Positions 12,676-24,756 of a DNA stretch of 64,000 bases are shown piece after piece; within the stretch, counting starts at the first letter, position 1, and every line of letters begins with the position of its first letter. The position numbers were made by a program, and so were the translations under genes. The notes beneath the pieces were generated by a model, which was given only the letters and a program-made list of their open reading frames with translations, searched no databases and had not been told where the DNA came from. This stretch comes from Octopus sinensis (Eukaryota), in the NCBI RefSeq assembly GCF_006345805.1, contig NC_043002.1, positions 15,934,001 to 15,998,000 of the forward strand, in the 5' to 3' direction.

Positions 12676-14859
12676 CATTGTATAAAAGGGCTTAGTAAAA
12701 TAGATTACTTTGCCACATACTGAACTCATTAGAAATAGCAGCCAAAAAGAAGATTTTTTAGCCATTTCTAATACTATCTGAGTAAACACTATCTGAGAGA
12801 AATTTTCTTTAAGTATTAGAAATGGCTAAAAAATCTTTTTTTGGCTGCTATTTCTAATGAGTTCAGTATGTGGCAAAGTAATTTATTTTACTAAGCCCTT
12901 TTATACAATGTAATATTTTGAATTCGCCTTAAATGGTCCCTTTACATACTGAATACTTGGTGAAATTGATTAATAACTAATTAATTTTACCCTCAATTGT
13001 TGAAATTATAATTCATTTCTCTCTGTTTAATGCCTCGGTTTTCACCGATAAAATATGGTGTTTACTAGTCTGACCCACGTGGGTGGAAGGGGGAGAGCAG
13101 GAATTCTTCGCTTGCATATTTTGAATTTGTTGGCACTGTTAGTTTGAACGGCTCTTCTGAGGTGAAAAGTCGCCAAAAGGGTATGCTCCTACTTTCAGTG
13201 TTTCCAAATCCGAATTAAGAAATTTGGGGCTGACGAAAGAAATGTCGAATTGTATTTGGCTGGTCTAGAAACGTACTGTTACGGTTTAGCTGGTGCATTT
13301 CCTGGTGACCCACATTGGAATTATGGTTCCGGCATGTCTAGTAGAAAAGTGACAGTCTTTTGTTTAATGGAGGACTAATGGGTTTTGGAATGACCTGTGA
13401 CCTTGTGCGGGTAAATTAGGGGTCGCTCTGGGCACCCCTTGAAGAAGTGAAGAGGAGGACAGATTAAGGGAATCTAAGAGCAGATGGAGAGGGTATTGAC
13501 AGTAGGAGAGAAGGACAGGCAGAAAGTTTGGTAGAGCTGTCATGCGAGAGATAGAGTATAAGACTAAGGGACAGATAGAGAGGCTAAGGGACAGTAGGCG
13601 ATATAGATAGAGTAAGGAATCAGATAGCAAATAGAAAGACTATAGGTGGTAGAACAGAGGGAGATGAGGGAGTGGAAGTCAGGACAAGGAAGTGAGGTTC
13701 TGGGCAGTCGTTGAGCGGTCGTCAAGAAGGGCAGTTCGCAGTTGGTCGTCAGGAAGGATGGATCTGGCAGTCGTTGAGCGGTCGTCGAAGAACACAGACG
13801 GACTCTGGATGTCAGAGCGAGTGGATGGAACCTTGGATTTAAGGAGCAAGCGTTGGAATTCCTGGGAGCGAGCTGGGATGCGAGGAGGCCTAGGGGCAAG
13901 CGATTGGAATATGCACAGAGGGGAATTAGCAGAGTATTCAGAGGATTTGGCAGTATTCAGAGATGAGTGCAGAATGGGACACTGGCGATTCAGTTAGGAA
14001 TTAAGGTATGTGTTTGTGCATTGATATGTGTCACGGTGTATACGGACCGACAGAAAAGAACAGTCAAGGACTCTGTCGATGTGGTCGATAAAGGACATTG
14101 TGAATTGAGTAAAGGACTTGTTGAATTGTAACGTGAATTGTTGTGATACGAACATTGTATAATGTATCGAAGTGTTCTGATTGGACTGTGACGTATCGTG
14201 AACATTATTTGATCTGGGCTTGTTGTGTCGTTACTGAACACTGTTATATTGTTACATGCATGTTGTTAAATGCTTTGATCTGTGGTATACCGTATGATGT
14301 ATTGATTTGTTGTTTGCCTTAAATGTATTTGATGTGTAGCAATTGATTGTCGTATTAACTGTTGTTTGAATATAAGCCAGTGTTGCCAGTTGTTGACTTG
14401 CCTCTTTGGGTTGAATCTCGGGTTGTGCCTCTGTATCTCTGTGCTGTTGAGGTTGTGGCAGTATCTATCTGTATCTCCTCTCTCCGCCTCTTTGGGTTCC
14501 GTGGCGGAACTTGTGTGAGCCGTTCGGGACGGGCGACGACGGGTGATTCCGCCGTAACAGTACGTTCTCAAATAATCTTTGCACTTGTGATTTTTTAATG
14601 TTTTTACCCCCATACCTTCGTGGGTTATTTTGAGTAAACACTATCTGAGAGAAATTTTCTTTAAGTATTAGAAATGGCTAAAAAATCTTTTTTTTTGCTG
14701 CTATTTCTAATGAGTTCAGTATGTGGCAAAGTAATTTATTTTACTAAGCCCTTTTATACAATGTAATATTTTGAATTCGCCTTAAATGGTCCCTTTACAT
14801 ACTGAATACTTGGCGAAATTGATTAATAACTAATTAATTTTACCCTCAATTGTTGAAAT

Positions 14860-14863
<4 letters not shown>
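12675..14863 (+). mobile_element. Penelope-like partial-tandem element (inverted fragment, truncated pLTR, full pLTR) interrupted by a solo LTR
   Basis: Inverted arms 12675-12775 and 12812-12911; ~232-bp direct repeats 12779-13010 and 14631-14863; (TA)n at both ends; hammerhead core CUGACGA (13230-36) ... GAAAC (13268-72) in the reconstructed unit. Confidence 0.6.
13277..14559 (+). mobile_element. Solo LTR, probably Ty3/Gypsy class (1283 bp)
   Basis: Termini TGTTACGG ... CCGTAACA (TG..CA with an 8-bp terminal inverted repeat). 4-bp target-site duplication GTAC at 13273-76 and 14560-63. GC-richer than flanks; internal 21-bp direct repeat GGCAGTCGTTGAGCGGTCGTC; no gag/pol frame. Orientation is inferred. 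Confidence 0.8.
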
Positions 14864-14890
<27 letters not shown>

Positions 14891-14959
14891 ATACATACAT
14901 ACAAGCATACATAGCCATATAATGCAACTATGCATGCGTCTTTGTATATGTATTTGCAT

Positions 14960-15183
14960 ACTCTCTTTTTACTCTTTTACTTGTTTCAGTCATTTGACTG
15001 TGGCCATGCTGGAGCACCGCCTTTATTCGAGCAAATCGACCCCAGGACTTATTCTTTGTAAGCCTAGTACTTATTCTATCGTCTGTTTTGCCGAACCGCT
15101 AGGTTACGGGGACGTAAACACAGACACCCCCCCCCCACACACATACACACACATAGATATATATATATGTATGTATGTGTATG

Positions 15184-15275
<92 letters not shown>

Positions 15276-15406
15276 GACGAGCTTCTTTCTGTTTCCGTCA
15301 ACCAAATCCATTCACAAGGCACTTGGCTAAGCTGCCACGCAGTGGGACTGAACACGGAACCATGTGGGTCATAGCAAGATACTTACCACACAGCCACTCC
15401 TACGCA
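14960..15406 (-). mobile_element. SINE family A
   Basis: Same head, body and tail as the other copies, in reverse orientation. Confidence 0.85.
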
Positions 15407-15710
15407 TATCAACTTTTGTCTATATATATATTGTGTATGTTTGCGCGTGGATGTGTGCATTTGGAAATTCGTTGTTTGATTATTTTCCTCACAGAAGGGA
15501 GAGCGAAATTTTGCCATGTGTCAATTCTCTTTCACTCTTGTTATTATAAGAAACTAAACAAAGTTGTGGAAACACGGTATTATCTTATTTTTAATTCCAT
15601 TTCGTCATTTCAAATATCTCACCGCTGTTATTCATAGATACAATATACTACAACGACTATATTTGAATATCCTCAGACCTATGGCACAATTTTTAAAAGA
15701 AATTATATTA

Positions 15711-15877
15711 TAGGAGTGGCTGTGTGGTAAGTAGCTTGCTACCCAACCACATGGTTCCAGGTTCAGTCCCACTGTGTGGCACTTTGAGCAAGTGTCTTCT
15801 ACTATAGCCTCGGGTCGACCAAAGCCTTTTAAGTGAATTTGGTACACGGAAACTGAAAGAAGCCTGTCGTATATATG

Positions 15878-15910
<33 letters not shown>

Positions 15911-16119
15911 TTGTCTGTCTGTGTTTGTCTCCCTAGCATTGCTTGACAACCGATGCTGGTGTGTTTACGTCCCCGTCACTTAGCGGTTCGGCAAAAGAGA
16001 CCGATAGTATAAGTACTAGGCTTATAAAGATAAAGTCCCGGGGTCGATTTGCTCGACTAAAGGCGGTGCTCCAGCATGGCCGCAGTCAAATGACTGAAAC
16101 AAGTAAAAAAAAAAGAGTA
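15711..16119 (+). mobile_element. SINE family A
   Basis: Full-length forward copy ending ~180 bp upstream of the 16301 exon. Confidence 0.85.
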
Positions 16120-16300
16120 TATAATTAGCACTTTAAAATGAGCAATATTGTGAAAAATATGGAAGGTGGGAAAAGACAGAATAATTTCACAAAATATTTG
16201 AGAAACGGAAAATCGTTTCAGTTCCTAATATAACAATTATATAAAAATTTGTATGTTTAATCGATATGTATTTACATCTTCTTGTTTCATATATTTTCAG

Positions 16301-16582
16301 ATTTTTACATCAACCAGTCACCACAGCTAAACCAAAGGTGGCCTCAACATTCAAGTGTGCCTCAAAATCACATCGGTGTAGCTCGTGCTTCCGGTTTCGT
16401 AGGAAAACGTGGACATATGCTTTCCGATGATGACGATGAAGATACTGACAAATACTTCAAAAAACTTCATCTCTCCGAACGGAGGTCTACATGGCAACAT
16501 ACAAAAACTCGTAATCCTCTATCTGTCTCACGTATTGCGGAGTATTGCAATTCCCCCATGTTACCAGTCGGTGGCTCAGAAG
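16301..16582 (+). CDS. PXYLP1: Internal coding exon (stem region) of the PXYLP1-like gene
   Basis: Acceptor ttttcag at 16294-16300 and donor AAG|gtattt at 16583. 282 nt, phase 1 to phase 1, open frame ending YCNSPMLPVGGSEG, in frame with the catalytic exon across a ~6.0 kb GT-AG intron (16583-22596). Confidence 0.8.
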
Positions 16583-19500
16583 GTATTTTATTTTATATCG
16601 AATAATATTTCTGTTGTGTCTGGGGAGAGTCATTCTCTTTTAGTGCCTTATTATTTAAAAGAATAATATTTCGAAATTCTTGAAATTATATATTGCAATT
16701 TCAGCAGTTTAGCCTTTTGAAATTTTTTTTTCCTATTTGTTCATTAGTAATAAAATATAAAATTGCACAACTAAAATGCATTCATTACGCCCTGCATAAT
16801 AAATTATGCCTCTTCAGATTTTAATTTTAAATCTATTCAAATTCAAATTCCAGAAACTTGCAAAAATAGAGCCAAATATATATCAGATGTACTTTCTTCT
16901 CAGATTTATTCTCTGTGGTCTTTACATTAGACAGGAATTTGATATTTTCGGTGATAAAACAAATAGCATAATTTGTGTGAATAGATACTTTCATTTTTCC
17001 CGTATGAGACAGTTGTGCACTTCAGTAACAGTCCTCACTTTGTTGGTAAAATATATACATATACGCATTTACTAGAAAAAGATCCTCCGACGGTTCAACT
17101 CTGTTACAAGTACCTATTCATTCATTACTCATAGCTAAAAAGGTGGAATGCAGTACTATGTTTATTGTTGTTAACAATTGGGCCCTTAATCATATTTTAT
17201 TGAGTAGATCCGATAAATAAAAAGCATTCGGAACATTACTTTGAAGTATGTTTGCAGATCAGTGATTACACAAACCATTTTAACACTGTTTATTGAAGGT
17301 GCTGTCTGTGAGTTTTCATTGTTATTTCATGATTGGTTGTTGACTAATTGATAGTAAAATCTAAATGTCGAGTTTACTATCCAGATTTGACGATGAAATA
17401 TTGCCAAACATCAGCAGTTAAACAAGTTTTGTTTTATGGTTTTATACTCTTGAGTGTACCACATTTGTGAGTAGCACAATATTCAAATGTTTCCATAATT
17501 AAATATATTACGTAGATGGTAAAATTCAGCATAACGACAATTTCTAGTGCGACTTCGGTTCCTTAGTGAAAGCATTTCTTTACGTAATGTTTGCTAATGG
17601 AGCTCCACGAACAATGCAAGTGACAGCATGGTGACTTGCTTTCTTTCTGTATAATGCCGTGAGCTTTGCAAACGTCTCGTCCACAATGTAGTTTAAATGG
17701 ACGGTATATATAAATTCTTATTACTTATGTTTAAGTAACACATTCTCGCTGGAAATAAAGAATTGATGTTATTTGGTCAAAACTGTACTAAGATTTGCTT
17801 TTTTTGCTTTATTAAATTATGTGTCTGAAAAAGGGGCATTAGTTACAGTAATACATACAACAAAATAGAAGACGTGCAGGGGTTGCTATAGGTCAAGCAT
17901 AGACCAATGTTTAAGAAGCATTTTTTCTAAATCATGTTGGCTAAGTTTCAGCTCCACTATACAGCATCTTAGGCAAGAGTTTCCTGATATAGTTCCGGGT
18001 TTAACTTAGTTTTGTGAGAAGACTTAATAGGTGGAAACTAACAAAAGCCTATCGTGTGAGTGTGTGTGTTTTGACATAGATTGTTGGTTATAAACTGTCA
18101 TCACCGTCACACAAGAGATATTGTTCGTTTTCAGTATTTGAAAACATGTATGGGCATAGGAAATACTTGCAGCTGAGATTAGCGATACGATAATCTTGCA
18201 GCAGTAGAAAAACCACCTTAACAAATACCTTTTTGCCCCTGCAAGCATAGAAAAGTGAACGTTAAATGATGGTGCGGAGAAGTGGAAGACATGTTTCGAC
18301 ATGTCTCTCTCCGTTGGAGAAGTTGTGATTACATTTGGACACATTCCCATGATAGAAAAGGGTAAATGAGTAGAATATCATAACGTACGTCAGTGTTCTT
18401 TTAAATCAAATGCTAATTGTAGCTAAATTCTTTGAATTCTCTTCCATTTGGCCATTTCAATTTACGGTATGGTAATTTAATTTTCTTTCTTTGTTGTGTT
18501 TTATATAACTTTCAGGAAGTTATAAAAGCTGGCGACATATAAGAACGAAGTTATCGATATTACTTAATAGTAGATTTTATTGGTAAAATAGTGGATTGCT
18601 GTGAATGGCAAACGGTAATATTAGTTAGGATCAGATTCAAGTTACTCAGCTTTATGGTTTAAAAGCAAATCCTATAAAATATCAAAAGTAGATTTTGACT
18701 ATCAAGATCTCAGAGTCGGTAAATTTAGAATTCTTGCCCATTTAATGGACTTTGTCGTCCAAACTAAATTAGTGACTAAATTAGTGGTCGGTGATTAGTG
18801 TCAACGCTAGAAATGTATATATGGAGAGAGAAATCAATAAGAATGGTATGCGGCAGAAAGAAGAGAGGGCAGCTTTTAAAGCTTTGTTCTTTTCATTATG
18901 TAGTACCGTCCTTCCACATTCTGTGATCAAATAACGATCCAATCTATTTTGTTTCTCATCAGTTCTTAAGCAAGTAATATAATTCCAAGGGTTTCATTAT
19001 AGAAGTATTCAACGATGGTGATTCTCTATCTACGCAAAATCATCTTTATAAACTAATATTTATAAATGCTTATGAAAACGCATTCCTCATATTTGGCAAG
19101 CTTATTATTATAATGTGTTTCCTGTCCATTCGTTTTATTATATAACAAATGTTCATCTTACATTTCTTTATCTTTGTGGAAGCTGTCATTGCGACAGAAT
19201 TCCATTTGAGTACTCAAACCCATTATCACTTTCGAGCCCCATTTAGTTAGAAATGCTGGCGGAAATTAATTCCAAAACTGCATTTATATTCAAAACTATG
19301 TATGATATAATATTCGTAACTTTTCAGTAAATTCTTTCCATTACTTATCTAAAGGAATCTTTTGGGGCGTTAAATATGTATTCCATATGTAAGCGAGTTA
19401 ATGAGAAACGCTTCGTATATATTCTAATGGGTAAACGATGTGTTCTCTGACGAGTAAAGGAAAAGGAGAAAGAGAAAGGGGAGATGGTTGTAGAAAATTT

Positions 19501-19918
19501 TAATTAGTTTTGTTCGATTTTCTTAAAAAAGCTTTATGTGCTTTTAATGCATGAAATACGTATTCAAGTATAATAGATAAGTATAATAAAATAATGTGTT
19601 TCTGTGTAAGAATTGTGTTCTCGTTGTTTCCCTCAAGTTAGAAGTAGAGCGTAGAGCAGTTTACTTACTTTCTATATTTTCATGAACGTAAGAATAATAG
19701 AGGGTGTATAAAATGCCATTATGTAAATTGCTAAATGATTGTCATTTGCTTTCCTTTCTTGCTCTTACAGTTATACAAATAAATTTACGAATTTGCTGTA
19801 AACCTAGAACTTGACAACTCGAACAGCCAGATACAATATAGCCAAGTTGCCATTGAATTGAGCACTACGGCTTTGACAGAATAAAGATAAATTGGAAACA
19901 CATTATGCATTTATCTCA

Positions 19919-20525
19919 GGCAGCGAGCTGGTAGAATCGTTTGTACGCCGGGCGAAATGCTTTGTGAGTTCAAATTCCGTTGAGATCGACTTTACTGGAG
20001 CATTTCGTCTGTCGTTACGTTCTGAGTTCAAATTCCGCCGAGGTCGACTTTGCCTTTCATCCTTTCGGGGTCGATTAAATAAGCATGAGTTACGCACTGG
20101 GGTCGATATAATCGACTTAATCCGTTTGTCTGTCCTTGTTTCTCCTCTCTGTGTTTAGCCCCTTGTGGGTAGTAAAGAAATAGGCATTTCGTCTGACGCT
20201 ACGTTCTGAGTCCAAATTCCGCCGAGGTCGACTTTGCCTTTCATCCTTTCGGGGTCGATTAAATAAGTATCAGTTACGCACTGGGGTCGATATAATCGAG
20301 TTAATCCGTTTGCCTGTCCTTGTTTGTCCTCTCTGCGTTTAGCCCCTTGTGGGTAGTAAAGACATTGGTATTTCCCCCGTCGCTAAATTTTGAATTAATA
20401 TTCCGCTGAGGTCAAATTTCGTTATCATACTTCAGGAGCGGTGAAATAAGTACCACTCACGCAGCACTGGTGTCGATGTAATCGAATATTCCCTCCGCTA
20501 AATTTAAGGCCTGGTGCCTAGTAGA
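19919..20525 (+). mobile_element. tRNA-derived SINE family D with internal tandem subunits
   Basis: Head GGCAGCGAGCTGGTAGAA...GAGTTCAAATTCCGCCGAGGTCGACTTTGCC. The ~180-bp body is repeated twice plus a diverged third unit. Related copies at 2312-2700 (-), 22373-22562 (+), 29164-29399 (+) and 43334-43482 (+). Confidence 0.8.
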
Positions 20526-20799
20526 AAGGATATAAAACAATTATCTCCAAACGTATGGCAGCCACAGCTAGACAGTCTCTCAGTCTTTTCTTCTCTCTCT
20601 CACTATTGACACAACGCTAAAACACACCAATCAGGTTGCGCATATTGCTTCTTAGCCTATTAGGGTTAATCTCGAAGAAAACAAAAAATATTGAAATGAA
20701 CTTGGCTGATTGGTTAGAGCGTCAGATCAAGTGCTATGTAATATTCGATTTGACACTAGGCATTCTCAGTTCAAATCTCGTCAAAGTCAATTTTTTTTA

Positions 20800-21218
20800 G
20801 GCGCATGAGTGGCTATGTGGTAAGTAGCTTGCTTACCAACCACATGGTTCCGGGTTCAGTCCCACTGCGTGGCACCTTGGGCGAGTGTCTTCTACTATAG
20901 CCTCGGGCCGACCAAAGCCTTGTGAGTGGATTTGGTAGACGGAAACTGAAAGAAGCCCGTCGTATATATGTATGTGTGTGTGTTTTTGTGTCTGTGTTTG
21001 TCCCTCTAGCATTGCTCGAAAACCGATGCTGGTGTGTTTACGTCCCCGTCACTTAGCGGTTCGGCAAAAAGAAACCGATAGAATAAGTACTGGGCTTACA
21101 AAGGATAAGTCCCGGGCTTACAAAGAATAAGTCCCGGGGTCGAGTTGCTCGATCAAAGGCGGTGCTCCAGCATGGCCGCAGTCAAAATGACTGAAACGGG
21201 TAGAAGAGTAAAAGAGTA
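20800..21218 (+). mobile_element. SINE family A with a 21-bp internal tandem duplication
   Basis: Full-length; GGGCTTACAAAG(G/A)ATAAGTCCC duplicated at ~21091-21135. Confidence 0.85.
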
Positions 21219-22372
21219 ATACATTTAGAATTGCAGATTAACATTATTACAAATAATTCGTATACGACAAGGTGAGCTCGTGCAGATTGTTCTGTTCCAA
21301 ATTCGGGGGCATGATCTTGTCCAAACTCGACCAAATATTTCAGACATTTTCATTTTTCAGTCACAGTAATTTTCGAGATTGTGAAGTCAAGTGGCTTAGT
21401 AATAAGGGTGTTGTTGTCGTGATCGTAGGTGTGCGGTCTTCATTCCTGAACCGGGCGGTGGTGTTCTTGAGGAAAACTCTTCATATTGAAGTTTTCGAAT
21501 CCATTCAGCCTAAAAAAGTGAGTAATCCTTCGACAGACAGCTGTCCTGTCCAGATGGAGAATATAAGCAGCACAGAATATGGGAAACCGATTGCATGTGC
21601 CTAAGAGTAGAAAAAGACCTTAGGTTTAATTTAGAATTTTTATGTGATTTCTCGTGATCATTACACAACATCCGTGACCGGTGAGGCTGATGCTGAGCCC
21701 CTCTGCACGAAAATCATATTTTGATGAAAATATATCAGTTGAAGGAAAGACTCCGAAGGAAGAATTCGACTAGTTCATTTGTACGGAGAATGCCTTGTAT
21801 GAGATAGTGAGGGAAAAGGATAGGAGTGATTTAGGTGACAAAGCTATTTAGGTCACTGTCTGTGTCATCTACTGCACAAGGAACTGGTTTCATTTTAAAT
21901 TATTGTTTCCTATGAAACATTATTTATCGTATCCTGCTGACATTTCATTCTCTTCATCAGAACCATTTACAAATCTGAATTAATCATAAGTTCATTGGAC
22001 ATTAGAGAATATATATGGATATTATTATTTTTACATCTTTTGTCGTCTTATCCTAACATTCTAAATGTCATATCTGCTAAAATCGATAATTTGTTGATGA
22101 CACGTGCATGTTATCATTCATTCTCACTGAAGCAAATAACAAAAAAGGTTACATCATGCTGTTTATATATTTCATTTTCTAGAACTAGACATGTAAACTG
22201 AGATGTCACTGTGTTGTATAATGAACGTATCATAAACGAGTTCACGTTCGATTATTGTTATAACAATTACGTAACAGGTTATATGAAGATAATTGTTTTA
22301 ATTCGTGTGTGATGATACATTAAGAAAATTTCACATTCAGATTGAATTTGCCCTGACTTTTCATGTATCGAT

Positions 22373-22562
22373 GGGCGAAATGCGCAGCCGTAATTCGTCT
22401 GCCGCTACATTCAGAGTTCAAATTCCGCCGAGGTCCACTTTGCTTTTCATCATTTCGGGGGTCGATTAAATAAGTACCAGTAAATATAATCGACTTAATC
22501 CGTTTGTCTGTCTTTAATTGTCCCCTCTATGTTTAGCCCCCTGTGGGCAATAAAGAAATAGA
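22373..22562 (+). mobile_element. SINE family D, ending ~33 nt before the catalytic-exon acceptor
   Basis: Matches the family D body. Confidence 0.75.
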
Positions 22563-22596
22563 TATTAATCGCTGTTTTTTTTTGTTGTTTTTTTAG

Positions 22597-23834
22597 GTGA
22601 TGTTCCTCTGAAGTACAACTTGGAACAAGTTTATGTACTGATCAGACATGGTGATCGTACACCAATGCATTCGTTTCGGAACCATCCTAATCCAACGTTA
22701 GGATGTCATATGGATCAACAACTTTTTTCATCTTTCAGCCCATATTTAGAAGGATATTTGCCAACAATGATGGCATTCCAGGGTAAACAACATCCTGCCA
22801 GTGGATTTAAGAATTGGGCCCTTCATCCTAATCATCGAATTTGTGATGGATCTCAGTTAACCGGGCTCGGTGTTCTTCAGCATCTCCAGATAGGAGAATT
22901 TCTCAAAGATACATATGTACATCGATGGAGGTTATTCGGAAATAATTTCAATGCTCGAAAAGTCTATATTCGTAGCACCGAATACTCCAGAACTTACCAA
23001 AGTGCCATAGCTTTCCTCTATGGATTTCTACCGCATTTCAATCTCACAGAACTTCTCATTGAACGCTCATCCAATCTATTGATGTGCTCTCAACGTTATT
23101 TTGGTTCTTCTTGCCACTGTCCAGTAATCCATGCTCTAAAACAGTCAACCGATCGTCTAGCATCGTTTCTTATACAAAACAATTCACAGTATTACTATTT
23201 GGCACAGAAAATAGCCGCTGTATATAATTTAAAAGTCCCTCAACTTCCATGGGCCAGTGCAATGATGGACGTTTTTATGTTTTACGCCTGCCACAATATC
23301 AGTCTCCCTTGTAATGGCAAGGGTCAGTGCATAGATTGGATGGTATTGGACAATTTATGGGAACATCTCGATCAAAACGGGAATCGTCAGGTGACTTCGG
23401 ACAGCACCAATCTAAAACGACACCGCCTTGCCACATACCCGTTTCTGTACGAGATCGTGCAATCAATGAAATCGTACATGCACGGAAACCCAACGACTAA
23501 ACTCTTCCTTTACTCAGGTCACGACGTCACAGTAACACCTGTGCTAACTGCACTGGGTGCTCACAGTGGCAAATGGCCACCTTATGCTTCCAGAATAATA
23601 TTCGAGATGTACAGTTTACGGCGAAACCGACAAAAGAAATATTACATTAGGCTATTATACAACGGACGTGATATAACAAATTTGACACCGTTTTGTAGTT
23701 CTGCTACAAGCGAGACCTTATGCTCATTCGAAAAATTTTCAAATTTTGTAAATAAAGACAGTTTAAGAAGAATTGGCATTAGTGACTATAAAGACGCTTG
23801 TAGTCAAGGACTCCAACCATCAGAAAATAAATAA
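22597..23834 (+). CDS. PXYLP1: Terminal coding exon of a 2-phosphoxylose phosphatase 1-like histidine acid phosphatase (catalytic domain)
   Basis: Long stop-free frame with the histidine phosphatase motif RHGDRTP (RHGxRxP) and a downstream HD motif (SGHDVT). Polypyrimidine tract and AG at 22595-22596. Splicing to the 16301-16582 exon gives ...YCNSPMLPVGGSE-G-DVPLKYNLEQVYVLIRHGDRTP, matching my recollection of the vertebrate PXYLP1 layout YCN..P....EG....L..V.V.IRHGDR. Stop TAA at 23832-23834; AATAAA overlaps the stop and recurs near 23882. Confidence 0.9.
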
Positions 23835-24122
23835 ACTACATAAAATTTTGTTTTTCAAATGGATGAAAGAGGTATTTCATGAATAAATAAACAGTCATAT
23901 AAATTTCGAGGGAAAAGAAAACATAAATGTAAATAATGTCTGAATGTATGTATGTATGTTAGTTGCTAAATGCATACATACACACACACACACACTCACG
24001 TACACACACACAAGCTTATATAAATGTATATATATATATATACACACATATATATGCATAGAGACACACACATCTATGTATATGAACAATAAGAATATAT
24101 ATATATAGCTGTGTGTGATATG

Positions 24123-24162
<40 letters not shown>

Positions 24163-24717
24163 TTCATACTATATTATCTATAGACACTCACTCACACACA
24201 GAAAAACATTTCCTAGTGTCATATAATTTACATTTACACGAAAGCAAACCATATTTATATCGAGATGTATAAATTAGTATGTAAATTACACATATGTTAA
24301 CATCTACACTTGTATATGCAGAAATATATATATACAGTATATATGTTGCACGCATATACATTTATATAAGTACAACAATGTGTATGTATATATAAAATAT
24401 CCGAATACATTTATGTATGTGTACATATATATATATGTATATGTATTTTAGGTGTGTATGTATGTAAGAGCGTAAACGGCAAAGTGTATCATAACTGAGA
24501 ATATATACATATATATGCGTATTTATATATAATATATGTATAAGTGTATATGCATATATATACGTAAATGTGTATATATATATATATATGATTATGTATG
24601 AATGTATAAGTATATATATGTGTGTATGTATATATCCATGTGCAGGAATACATATATATATATATATATGTATATACAGACATGTATATACGTATATATG
24701 CACACACATGTATACAT

Positions 24718-24756
<39 letters not shown>

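Noticed and set aside
18275-18315. Minus-strand GAAAC-AU-GUC motif
   Set aside because: No CUGAnGA core or matching stem I.
21272-21604. 110-aa ORF in PXYLP1 intron
   Set aside because: No start codon context, splice sites or recognisable domain in any frame.
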